From: Saprospiraceae bacterium
GTDB lineage: Bacteria > Bacteroidota > Bacteroidia > Chitinophagales > Saprospiraceae
Direction: 5' to 3'
Length of the DNA: 51,109 nt
Assembly: GCA_036846745.1 (NCBI GenBank)
Contig: DAIUBI010000001.1
Span: 1 to 51,109 of the forward strand
Of this stretch, positions 44,901 to 51,109 are shown piece after piece (position 1 is the first letter of the stretch; every line of letters begins with the position of its first letter). Under the pieces are notes generated by a model, which was not told the origin of the DNA, searched no databases, and worked only from the letters and a program-made list of their open reading frames with translations. Both the position numbers and the translations under genes were made by a program.

Positions 44901-45999
44901 CCAGCTCATTTAAACTTTTGTGGTAAATTCTTAATTCATCCAGTCTGCCAACCCAGGGGGTACTGCCGCTAATGCGTTTGCCTACACGCAGCGAAGTAGT
45001 ATTCAGAATTGCAGTGCCATTTTTTTGATCCTTAAGAACACCATCTAAATATAACCGATAAGCGCCGGAGCTATAACTGAGGCTAATGTGGTGCCATCCA
45101 TTTGGATTTGCATCAAAACTGCCGGTGAGATTGGCCGTTCCAGCCAACATCTGCACGCCACCGCTGTTCAGAGATTTGACTACCAATCCTTGATTCACTC
45201 CATTGGGCGTAATATCCAACATCGTCGGATTGTTTAAAGCCTCTGTGTTTTTGATCCAGTAGCACAGGGTCCAATCTGTATCTGTGGTAGGCAGAAAATT
45301 TTCGTTGGTAGATGAATCCGGCTCGGCATAGGCTCCGTCATGGGGGCCAAAGTAAGCCGAAAAGCCCTGCATGGGCATGAGCGTAACGAGGGCATCCGGC
45401 ACCGGACTATCATTTATGGTACGCACCCATCCCGTTACTACACCGTTTGGAACCTGAAACCCTAGTGCTTTACCAGGAGATCCTTCACCATAGGCATTTA
45501 TTCCTCTCACTTCGTATAGATAGGGTCGTCCTGCAATCACATTAAAATCGTTGTAATTGCGGGTACTCTTGTCTACCTGTGCGAGATAAACCCCGTCGCG
45601 GTATATTTTGAACCCTCCGACAGCGAAAGGGCCAAGTGGATTTGGCCCCCAGGAAATCTGGATGCGATCCAGCAATTCTCCCTGACTGGCGGTTACAAAA
45701 GGAGGGAAAGGCGCCACCAGAAAGCCTGACCAATAGCCAAACTCCATATTGTAATCATCTCCCAAAGCAGAACCCACCACCAATTGTCCAACGGTGAGTT
45801 TCATGCGACGGCTGGTGTTTTTCATCCGTACTCCATTGCCGTAATTAATGAAGGCGGAACGTACCATAGTGTCCTGAACGGCTGCCGAAAAACACCCGGG
45901 ATCCCATGGCTGGCTGGGTTGCTGGGCCCATATCCCTTCCAGGCCAAAGGAAAGACACATCAGTACGGCGAATAGCCGACTAAAAAATATATGTTTCAT
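38938..45999 (-). CDS. Giant (2,353 aa) T9SS cargo protein: FN3-like domain, two LamG/ConA-like domains, large unassigned core, two copies of the module shared with the downstream giant, type-A C-terminal sorting domain
   Basis: The signal peptide is MKHIFFSRLFAVLMCLSFGLEGIWAQ. An FN3-like segment is present (IQISWGPNP...FKIYRDG...YLYEVRGINAYGEG). LamG signatures are WHHISLSYSSGAYRLYLDG...GRLDELRIYHKSL (about 44900-45330) and HHLAFTID...GYKNGTL...GGLIDEVAVYGNIL (about 44150-44600). The CTD is FDVQPNPFQQETTLRF...KGVYFVRLQTESGSVVKKIVLQ. Confidence 0.9.
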   Translation of the reverse strand: MKHIFFSRLFAVLMCLSFGLEGIWAQQPSQPWDPGCFSAAVQDTMVRSAFINYGNGVRMKNTSRRMKLTVGQLVVGSALGDDYNMEFGYWSGFLVAPFPPFVTASQGELLDRIQISWGPNPLGPFAVGGFKIYRDGVYLAQVDKSTRNYNDFNVIAGRPYLYEVRGINAYGEGSPGKALGFQVPNGVVTGWVRTINDSPVPDALVTLMPMQGFSAYFGPHDGAYAEPDSSTNENFLPTTDTDWTLCYWIKNTEALNNPTMLDITPNGVNQGLVVKSLNSGGVQMLAGTANLTGSFDANPNGWHHISLSYSSGAYRLYLDGVLKDQKNGTAILNTTSLRVGKRISGSTPWVGRLDELRIYHKSLNELDLAEVMEGTASTLTPGLKYYWKMDEEKGSKSFDLLQRNRFFFCGAIFDADRPPVRTSGKTNEDGYYRIESANYGTGITFLAKPEKFFYKHRALKFNRQEMDYATLPDFPLTSQTTLETWINSAGPDGIQTVLSKRWNGSNSFQLQLQANGINNHIIFKLNNQVHDFGPLGLGYHHLAFTIDSTGAGTQVTGYKNGTLLGTVMMPAYTGTWEEPAEPWVLGARKSGTDFVDFYGGLIDEVAVYGNILTPALISAHAAASRDPQEAGLRIYFAMDEGTGSVLTNSGSLLLTQQGTTFQTEWTTMAPNQSTTPHEFAPSTRQVTLNPSVTSVDQVDFTDRSTIPVTGFVRYQNTDCFAKNVEILVNNESFVPRIFTDSTGKFIIDLEPGATVTLKPVFEDHEFFPATWQVTNLTSPIAGIVFNDITTRKISGFVAGGDCKLPIISNPGTPSGTVCIVKVRSIDDCFERIIEIDNIEGEYEFANLPPIEMTIAVVEHSDPTIKTAFQVLGGKQVDLRKVDTIVDFIYYAPPQVEIVSGMDPYSPTCQTVVFEQGKSYTLGISLKEYYLGEACLLDTGNIRIINEISGEVKDTVLSSSILFYKFRAKVPNPSPPFLQTIQIVGSSISGNESTEIRQALVTGLFSKSSTFTTQLPATPSLVLRDPPGDGSYAYFEKNQSVCQTVSFAGDTSETNGLDVVIDFVPDFEFLVFGIVLTTEFNIGPTITTSNTVTKSSENSLQVCSSFSETISTSAEENIVGPAVNVPGQGIVQGGDVFVGSGLNVEFGFSDKVSFDTLLCGGAVETVISVAPKNFGTTYMYSDNYIRNYTIKYLQAIADDPNTTPEKRDTCLNSINLWNAILANNEQQKESAKFLRNVSFESGVSYEYSETSDTSATSITSVENTSDFNFAFDIQIFIQGAGGGVTINTGTSKTTSKTTENGTSQGITTGYVLSDNDPGDAFTVDVAMDTIYNTPVFNTVTGQSSCPWEPNTAHRDGTGITFRDGSGPVAVDIPSNDAAVYKLVLGNQSETNETRTYVINAGVNSNPDGAVIRLNGAVLDGPIGYQIEYGTSVPITLTIERGPEKYDYDSLEIAFYSECEDDRAGLLGLQSSADTIAYSSVYLSAHFIKPCSEVDINAPQQNWVIFPDPITQGPDDVMRITVSGYDKSVQEFEKIRVQYRPSDGDGAWINIVPPDDSLINLIQPGAEILKTNLGSVFTQFFWNTVGLADGPYEIRAIAVCTGDLLDKPGISHIITGRIERQPPSLIGVPEPADGVYNVGDEISFSFNKAINCAKINAVDNVQLFDATTNQLLDINITCYENKIILDPTFQNKFFENRILRAELHDIEDKTGNKLVYEQWEFYVDRNELAWLTDSIGMTKYEDQTKTITASIHNRGGYPVPFTIEDIPTYVHVVPTQGTLAPNEIRPISFTVDSNLAFGLWSDSITLHTEIGQNPFFMGGDERLPFGVRVVCRPPAWEINGSLYENTENLVLELNIEGEVSTDVEDMVVAFIGDTLVGRANVQYVPQVNKYLAYLTIYGNPNHVLQPIRLEIWDASACLRYAVLEDDFLFQPDDVIGDPLNPQVIHTFNLVLREVPLGFGWNWLSFNLGFPDSDINEALASLSHPQNDLMKSQNQFSTYFNGGGWLGTLQNLGNTSMYVYRANIADTLMMQGSVLDPANTPIQVVPGWNWISYIPNYSLPVNEALSSVSAQTGDLIKSQISFAQYINPTFGWIGNLGYMSPPNGYQLKVSAPGTLIYPPLSSQLTNGGADYKGKPGSGDRGPGEAPGQNFWTVDPTQFEHSMTLIGMLKVNEQNATTATMELGAFANAQVRGSSTAIYIPPLQSYLFFLTVYANSAGEQIRYQLFDSSTGGIQELKEVMFFSPEWHQGSIDAPLPFTLLSSGTEEISAVQSFDVQPNPFQQETTLRFALLKSQDLRITVTDMSGKQVAEINTSGKEGINSLSWKAQSEQGAALAKGVYFVRLQTESGSVVKKIVLQ

Positions 46000-46053
46000 G
46001 AAAAGAGTCGTTGAGTGAATGGAAGGTTTGACAAACGGGAATGATCAATGGCC

Positions 46054-47631
46054 CTATTTCCCGGTACTCGAGGACTCTAATGCCTGAATTCGTCTTAACA
46101 GATTTTCCAATTGACCGGAAAAAGCGTTTTGTTGCTTGCTCAAATCAGCATTGGCAGTTTGCAAACTGCTGTTTTGAGCTTTCAATCCGTTGTTTTCAGC
46201 TTGTAGAGCAGCAATTTCTGCCTTCATTTTTTCAATTTCCAATTCATGATCTTTCACTACCTCATTAAGGTAAATGGAAACTTTTTTATAGTTAACCCCC
46301 GTGATTTCGCCACTTCCATTGTAGTGTACCAATCTGGTCAGACCTATACTGTCGAACTCTTCAGCAATGTAACCAAGCTCTACACGCTCATCAGGATAGC
46401 CAATACGATTGTATAATTTCGGTTGAGCCTTTAAGATTAGCCTGTAGTTGTCGGTAAGCGGATTAATGTTGCGTTTGAGGCGGCGACTGGAGTTGTCGAC
46501 TTGCAAGTGTCCTGTTTGTTCATCCCATTCTACTTCAGGATTGTCCGGACCTTTTTGAATGCCATAAAGTTTAATAGCAGAAAGAGTATTGCAACATTGA
46601 TTGGTATATCCTTGTGGAGGAGAGAATTCTGCTACAACTGAACCGTTAGATCTGATTTGCACAATACCGTCCTGCTTTCCAAATAATCCCGAATCAGTAT
46701 CGTCAATGCCACCTTGCAGCGTATAATTGAAGGTAAAACCAGAATTGTCGAACCAGCTCGCAGCCCTGTTAAATCCTTTGGTAAAGGAGCTGCCGTTGAC
46801 AGTCTGATTGGCCCCGATGGTAGAAAATCCGGTAACTTCCTGATTAGCATTAATTTTTGAAAACCCATTGACAGTATGCCAACCCTGTACGGTTTGGTGT
46901 AATGAAATGTTAGAGCTGCCGTTTATCTGCTGGTTGCCATTTATCGTTAAATCATTGCTGATAAACGGGCCAAAGTTGACTGTTTGACCATAAAGTTCAT
47001 TCTGAGCGTTGTTTAATTGCATTCTTTCTTGTCCGCCAGCCCACAATTCAATGTTATTTGCCCCTCTGGAGAACATGCCCCCTCCTTCATCACCACCTGG
47101 TTTAAATGAAAACCCATTTCCGTCTGGTCCCTGGCCACCGATGGGGTCGCCGCCTCTTGCCCGAAAAGCATCACCAATAACCGGTCCTGTGCTCGGGAAA
47201 GTATTGTTCTGGCCAACCAATCCCAATGCATATGGTGCATGGGTAAGACGCGGACGTGGAAGTAGCTCAATGGAGGAAGTGCCTACACTTACCCCAAGCC
47301 AATATGTTTTGTTAAAAGCAGCATTAAGTGGCTGTGTATCATCAAGCCCCAGTACCACACTGTAGACCCCGCCTACAACGGTAATGTTCTCAATAAGCTC
47401 CTGGTGTACCTTATGTATATTGTCTGTGCTGGATGCATCATCCCACAAACGAAAGGTGAGTTTATAATCATTCCCATCATCTACAGCTGTGCCGTCTGAT
47501 TTGGTTAATACTCCCTGTACAGAGAGCGTTGCTTTGTTGGCCTGTGCAAAAGCTACAGAGGCTGTTCCCAGCAAGGCAAATAGGAGAAGAAAATGCTTTA
47601 GGCTGATAAAGGAGTAAAAAACGCTTTTCAT
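46054..47631 (-). CDS. Secreted tail-fibre-like protein with C-terminal intramolecular-chaperone auto-processing (Peptidase S74-type) domain and terminal coiled coil
   Basis: The signal peptide is MKSVFYSFISLKHFLLLFALLGTASVAFAQ. The central part has degenerate N/Q/G-rich short repeats. The C-terminal 145 aa (46057-46491) read SSRRLKRNINPL...ELGYIAEEFDSIGLTRLV...GVNYKKVSIYLNEVVKDHELEIEKMKAEIAALQAEN. That matches the S/D-x-R-x-K-x-N-I ... GFIAQE ... V.Y..L pattern of tail-spike/endosialidase chaperone domains. Confidence 0.82.
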   Translation of the reverse strand: MKSVFYSFISLKHFLLLFALLGTASVAFAQANKATLSVQGVLTKSDGTAVDDGNDYKLTFRLWDDASSTDNIHKVHQELIENITVVGGVYSVVLGLDDTQPLNAAFNKTYWLGVSVGTSSIELLPRPRLTHAPYALGLVGQNNTFPSTGPVIGDAFRARGGDPIGGQGPDGNGFSFKPGGDEGGGMFSRGANNIELWAGGQERMQLNNAQNELYGQTVNFGPFISNDLTINGNQQINGSSNISLHQTVQGWHTVNGFSKINANQEVTGFSTIGANQTVNGSSFTKGFNRAASWFDNSGFTFNYTLQGGIDDTDSGLFGKQDGIVQIRSNGSVVAEFSPPQGYTNQCCNTLSAIKLYGIQKGPDNPEVEWDEQTGHLQVDNSSRRLKRNINPLTDNYRLILKAQPKLYNRIGYPDERVELGYIAEEFDSIGLTRLVHYNGSGEITGVNYKKVSIYLNEVVKDHELEIEKMKAEIAALQAENNGLKAQNSSLQTANADLSKQQNAFSGQLENLLRRIQALESSSTGK

Positions 47632-47794
47632 GATGTGAGGAAATTAATTTGTGCAATGAAATAACCTGCCCAACGCACCAGGCGTCAGGGTTTACGGGAT
47701 GCCAGCAAGGTAAGCAGGATATACTAAGAAAGTTGTAATGGAATCAGGGAAGCACAAGTTTTTACCAGTAAGGCCCTTTAAAATTTCAGGGAAG

Positions 47795-48157
47795 CTAATG
47801 GCCTCTTACTTCAAACCAATGTCCCAGGTGATCTTTAAGTTGTACACGTGTAAATGGCTTATTCAAAACCGGGAAGGAAAATGCCTTGTTTACAGGGGGG
47901 GCAGCGGCTCCCGTGATGAAAAAAACCGGGATGCAGAAGGTGTTTTGAAGTTGTGCGCCAAAGGCCCAGCCATCCCAGCCAGTCGGGCTTTTGACGTTCA
48001 TAATCAAGCCTTTAGGACTTTTTTTCAGACATAGCTCTGTTAGCTGATCCATTTATGTTACATCAATAACTTCCATATGCAGTTATTCCAGATGCCATCG
48101 TACATCCAGCGCTATGACCGGATCATCTTCTGCCAGTAATACAACAGGGCGCAACAT
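47795..48157 (-). pseudogene. Stand-alone CheY-like receiver (REC) gene interrupted by two in-frame TAA codons
   Basis: My codon-by-codon reverse-complement translation from ATG 48157 (preceded by GGAGGTGAA) gives MLRPVVLLAEDDPVIALDVRWHLE*LHMEVIDVT*MDQLTELCLKKSPKGLIMNVKSPTGWDGW...IPVFFITGAAAP...NKPFTRVQL. This is a full-length 118-residue REC in a single frame. The stop codons lie at 48083-48085 and 48053-48055. The track shows only the last 85 codons (47795-48052). Confidence 0.75.
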
Positions 48158-48267
48158 TTCACCTCCAAAATGCTCTATATGGGTGGGATCAGGAATGAAA
48201 TATCAGTGAAAAGGTGTTTTTTTACAGTGGAGGTATGTTATAAACCAGTTTGCGAACCTTAGCTGCG

Positions 48268-49854
48268 TTAATGGAGAGCCAAATCAAACAAGATCTCCGT
48301 GGCATATCCATTTTCATCAGCCTTCACTTCCACCTTTCCTTTCCATTTATTGCTGAGCATTTTGATAAGTCTGGAGCCAAATCCGGTGCCAGTGTTTGGT
48401 GTCCCGGACGTTCCTACACCATTGTCGGATACCCGAAGGTACAATTTCCTGTTTTCGGTTTTATGCAGCTCAATGTTGATTTGCCCTTTTCGCCCGCCAG
48501 GAAACGCGTATTTCAAAGAATTGGCAAGTAATTCGTTGACAATCAGGCCAATAGGTATGGCTGTGTCAACATCCAACTCCAACTTGTTTTGGGGATAACG
48601 TATTTCCACGCTGCCATCATCTAAGCCAAATGAATCAAGCATGGTTCGCCCAAACTGTTCAAGGTAATCTTTCATTTCCACCTGTGCCACGTTGGCGCCC
48701 AGGTACAGTTTCTGGTGGATCAAGCCCATGGCATCCACCCGGTTTTGACCCTCCCGGATGGCGTCTAGCGCTGCGTCATCCTTAACCTGGCGGGATTGCA
48801 GATGCAGAAGACTGGAGAGTATTTGCAGGTTATTTTTTACCCTGTGGTGTACTTCTTTAATCAAAAACTCTTTTTCCCTATTGCGCTTTTTCAGGCTTCT
48901 GACCAGGATAAATAACACCACGCCAACAGCCAGCGCAAATGCCAATCCTCCCAGTAATAATTGTTGTTTCAAGTGTTCTGTTTCCAGTTGTTTTGCCTGA
49001 GTAGCTATTTGGGTTTCTTTTTTCTCGTTTTCATACTGTGCCTTCAAAGCTTCTACCTCCTGTAGTCTTTCCTTGGCCATGAGGGTGTCCTGATAGTATT
49101 CCATGTAGCTCCATAATGCAGCATAGGATTTTTCGTGATTGCCCAAAGCAGCTTCAATCATGGCTCTGTATTTGAGCGCCGCGGAATACTCTAAAGATCT
49201 GCCGTGTTTTTGAGATAATGCAATAACAATATCGTTGTGAAACCTGGCTTTTGATGGATTATCGAGGTACAGGTAATTGCCTGTCAGGTAGATATTGGCG
49301 GTTAGATAGGCAAAGTCATCCTTCTTGTTCAACGCAGCCTGATAATAATCCAGATAGTAACGATTTGCGCCTTGATAATCGCCTTTCACCTCCACTACGT
49401 TTCCAATTTTCGCCATGGCATTTGCGGCACCCATGGTATCCCTGATTGCCAAATAAGTGGCAACTGCGGTTTTTAGTATTTGAATGGACGTGTCCAGTTG
49501 ATTTTCTTTAATGAAATATATCCCTTTTCGGAATAAGATCCTGGCTACGTTTAGTGTGTCCTGGCAGGCACGGCAAAGTTTTTCACCTTTTTCAATAGAG
49601 ATAGCAAGTGCTGGCTGATTTTCTGTTACAATGGCAAGCTTACTCAACAACATTTGAACTTTGCATTGCAATTCCAGATTATTCTCCTGTTCAGCTAATT
49701 TTTGTGCCTGAACGAGATGATAAACTGCACTGTCCCAATTTCCTCTTTCTACATATTTATAACCATTATTGTATGATTCTTTCAAGTCGTCAGACTGTGC
49801 AAATCCATTACCGGAGATCAAGATGCAGATGAAAACAAAAAGAAGGTGTTTCAT
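48268..49854 (-). CDS. TPR-repeat sensor histidine kinase (signal peptide, extracytoplasmic TPRs, coiled coil, one TM, HisKA_2 + HATPase_c)
   Basis: The signal peptide is MKHLLFVFICILISGNGFAQ. Multiple TPR-like helices follow, then a TM segment (LLLGGLAFALAVGVVLFILV). The H-box is EVHHRVKNNLQILSSLLHLQ (HisKA_2 type). The ATPase motifs are NELLANSLKYAF, SDNGVG and GFGSRLI. Confidence 0.9.
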   Translation of the reverse strand: MKHLLFVFICILISGNGFAQSDDLKESYNNGYKYVERGNWDSAVYHLVQAQKLAEQENNLELQCKVQMLLSKLAIVTENQPALAISIEKGEKLCRACQDTLNVARILFRKGIYFIKENQLDTSIQILKTAVATYLAIRDTMGAANAMAKIGNVVEVKGDYQGANRYYLDYYQAALNKKDDFAYLTANIYLTGNYLYLDNPSKARFHNDIVIALSQKHGRSLEYSAALKYRAMIEAALGNHEKSYAALWSYMEYYQDTLMAKERLQEVEALKAQYENEKKETQIATQAKQLETEHLKQQLLLGGLAFALAVGVVLFILVRSLKKRNREKEFLIKEVHHRVKNNLQILSSLLHLQSRQVKDDAALDAIREGQNRVDAMGLIHQKLYLGANVAQVEMKDYLEQFGRTMLDSFGLDDGSVEIRYPQNKLELDVDTAIPIGLIVNELLANSLKYAFPGGRKGQINIELHKTENRKLYLRVSDNGVGTSGTPNTGTGFGSRLIKMLSNKWKGKVEVKADENGYATEILFDLALH

Positions 49855-50591
49855 ATTTTTATGAGCCAGGCTGTTAGCTCCTCTTTTGCCGATTTACTGA
49901 TGGGAATTTGTTTTTTATGGATTACCACAAAGAGGTCGCCAATTTCTTCTATGTGGTTGCTGTTGACAATATATGACCTGTGTATCCTCAAAAAGCCGGG
50001 AACCACTGCCAACGTTTCTCCCAATTGTTTTAAGGTTTGTGTGATGAGATACTCTTTATCGAGGGTAATTAATCTGCAGTAGTAATCATCTGCTTCGATC
50101 CAGAGGATATCTGCCAGAAAAATCCGGATCATCCGGTCTTTGAATTTGATGAAAACTCTGTCGCCGAACCAATTGCTTGAACCTATTTCTACTTTTGTTT
50201 CAGGAATATCAGGTTCGGGCTCACTTCTGGAAATCGCCAGTTCAATACTATGCTGCAGATCTTTTCCACGGAAGGGCTTCGTCAGGAAAGCTGCAGGGTG
50301 AGTTTTTTTTGCCCTTGCAAAGGTCAGCGGATCAGCGTTGCTGGTTAGAAATACCAGGGGAACCGACCTGATCTCCTGTATTTTATACGCAGTTTCCACG
50401 CCATCCATTTGGCCAGACAACTGAATGTCCATCAGAACAATATCCACATTGTTCATACTGAACCACTCCACAGCCTCTTCTCCATAACTGAAAGGTCCGG
50501 CGGTTTCATAGCCCATTTCATGGAGCCGATCCTCCAAATCAGCTGCAATGATAGGCTCGTCTTCTATGATTAAAACAGATATTTTTTTCAC
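49851..50591 (-). CDS. LytR/AlgR (LytTR) family response regulator
   Basis: The REC domain reads ISVLIIEDEP, phospho-acceptor in IVLMDIQLSG, LVFLTS and LTKPF. The C-terminal LytTR domain reads IFIKFKDRMIRIFLADILWIEADDYYCRLIT...FLRIHRSYIVN. Its TGA overlaps the kinase ATG (ATGA, 49851-49854). Confidence 0.92.
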   Translation of the reverse strand: MKKISVLIIEDEPIIAADLEDRLHEMGYETAGPFSYGEEAVEWFSMNNVDIVLMDIQLSGQMDGVETAYKIQEIRSVPLVFLTSNADPLTFARAKKTHPAAFLTKPFRGKDLQHSIELAISRSEPEPDIPETKVEIGSSNWFGDRVFIKFKDRMIRIFLADILWIEADDYYCRLITLDKEYLITQTLKQLGETLAVVPGFLRIHRSYIVNSNHIEEIGDLFVVIHKKQIPISKSAKEELTAWLIKI

Positions 50592-50681
50592 GATGCGTAA
50601 ATGTATTACGAATATAGATTACGGTCCAAGCCTTCAGGCCTATTATCTTTCCGCCAAATATTTTCGGGTCAATTAAATATC

Positions 50682-51109
50682 ATGGGGAAAGTCAAATCCT
50701 TGTTTTTTTCGTTTTCAGGGGCCCTTTTTGGTGTTGTTACCCTGCTATTAAACAAGTTGGCACATGGACATTCTGCACTCGTAGAAACATGGTATAGTCG
50801 GGGATTGTTTATAAGGGTGCGGCATTTCTGGGAGGTTCTGCTTAGTTACTCCAGTGTTCCCGGGTTTTACTTTTTTTGGACCGGAGTGGTTGCTTACTGG
50901 ATTTGGGTGTGGTGGCGGCGACCCAAACAGGTGCAGTCTCGCCTGTCAACAGTGAAGTATTGGTTGGGGAGAATATTAGGCTTTTCCGGTTTTTTAGCGG
51001 GCAGTTTTTTCTGGCTTTGGGGCTTTAATTATGCCAGGGTTCCTATTCAGGAGCAACTGCAGTTCTCACCAGAGCCTTTGGACTCTGTTCGGCTTTGGAC
51101 GGCACTTGA
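50682..51109 (+). CDS. Membrane protein, DUF3810-like; C-terminus cut off by window edge
   Basis: This ORF is not in the track because it is open at the edge. My translation from ATG 50682 is MGKVKSLFFSFSGALFGVVTLLLNKLAHGHSALVETWYSRGLFIRVRHFWEVLLSYSSVPGFYFFW.... The ...VE.WYS.G.. N-terminus recalls DUF3810 proteins. The family assignment is from memory only. Confidence 0.5.
   Translation, partial: MGKVKSLFFSFSGALFGVVTLLLNKLAHGHSALVETWYSRGLFIRVRHFWEVLLSYSSVPGFYFFWTGVVAYWIWVWWRRPKQVQSRLSTVKYWLGRILGFSGFLAGSFFWLWGFNYARVPIQEQLQFSPEPLDSVRLWTAL

Noticed and set aside
46054-47631. Prophage remnant as the explanation for the tail-fibre-like gene.
   Set aside because: There is no integrase, terminase, capsid, portal, baseplate or lysis gene anywhere in the 51 kb. 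The gene has a bacterial signal peptide and sits in an operon-like arrangement with T9SS cargo genes.
47738-48034. Plus-strand 98-aa ORF overlapping the receiver pseudogene.
   Set aside because: The opposite strand encodes a recognisable CheY-like fold in a single frame. The plus-strand product has no similarity to anything I recognise.
47795-48157. Stop-codon reassignment or programmed readthrough of TAA as the explanation for the interrupted receiver gene.
   Set aside because: TAA ends several conserved genes in this window at their expected C-termini (the SusC-like gene, the LuxR-type regulator and the E1 gene). I see no readthrough-promoting context that I can recognise. A pseudogene is the simplest explanation, though this is flagged for checking.

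Overview
This 51.1-kb chromosomal window has clear Bacteroidota hallmarks: a SusC/SusD pair, four proteins ending in T9SS C-terminal sorting domains, and two-component pairs of HisKA_3/LuxR and HisKA_2/LytTR type. I recognised no rRNA, tRNA, CRISPR array, transposase, integrase or prophage core genes. The left end (1-7.0 kb) is housekeeping: a parvulin PPIase truncated by the window edge, HPF, an aldehyde dehydrogenase, a fused E1 alpha/beta 2-oxoacid dehydrogenase and a NadR-like NMNAT/kinase. Next comes an orphan SusC/SusD pair (7.3-12.0 kb), followed by an intergenic array of six 58-bp hairpin-bearing tandem repeats (12.05-12.39 kb). About 46% of the window encodes four T9SS cargo proteins. 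These are a 2,101-aa type-B-CTD protein with an N-terminal P-domain (13.1-19.4 kb), an S8 peptidase with a GEVED domain (27.0-29.7 kb), a 2,468-aa cadherin/Ig-like/HYR repeat protein (31.5-38.9 kb) and a 2,353-aa LamG protein with a large unassignable core (38.9-46.0 kb). Between them lie an ABC ATPase plus an ABC-2-permease::M1-metallopeptidase fusion plus an MFS transporter (19.7-25.6 kb), and an SbtA-like permease. The most interesting region is a co-directional minus-strand locus (50.6 to 31.5 kb). It runs LytTR regulator, TPR sensor kinase, a stand-alone receiver gene broken by two in-frame TAA codons, a Sec-secreted phage-tail-fibre-like protein with an S74 intramolecular-chaperone domain, and then the two giant T9SS proteins, which share an unnamed ~110-aa module. 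All calls rest on my own reading of the translations and DNA. No database search, GC computation or fold prediction was run.
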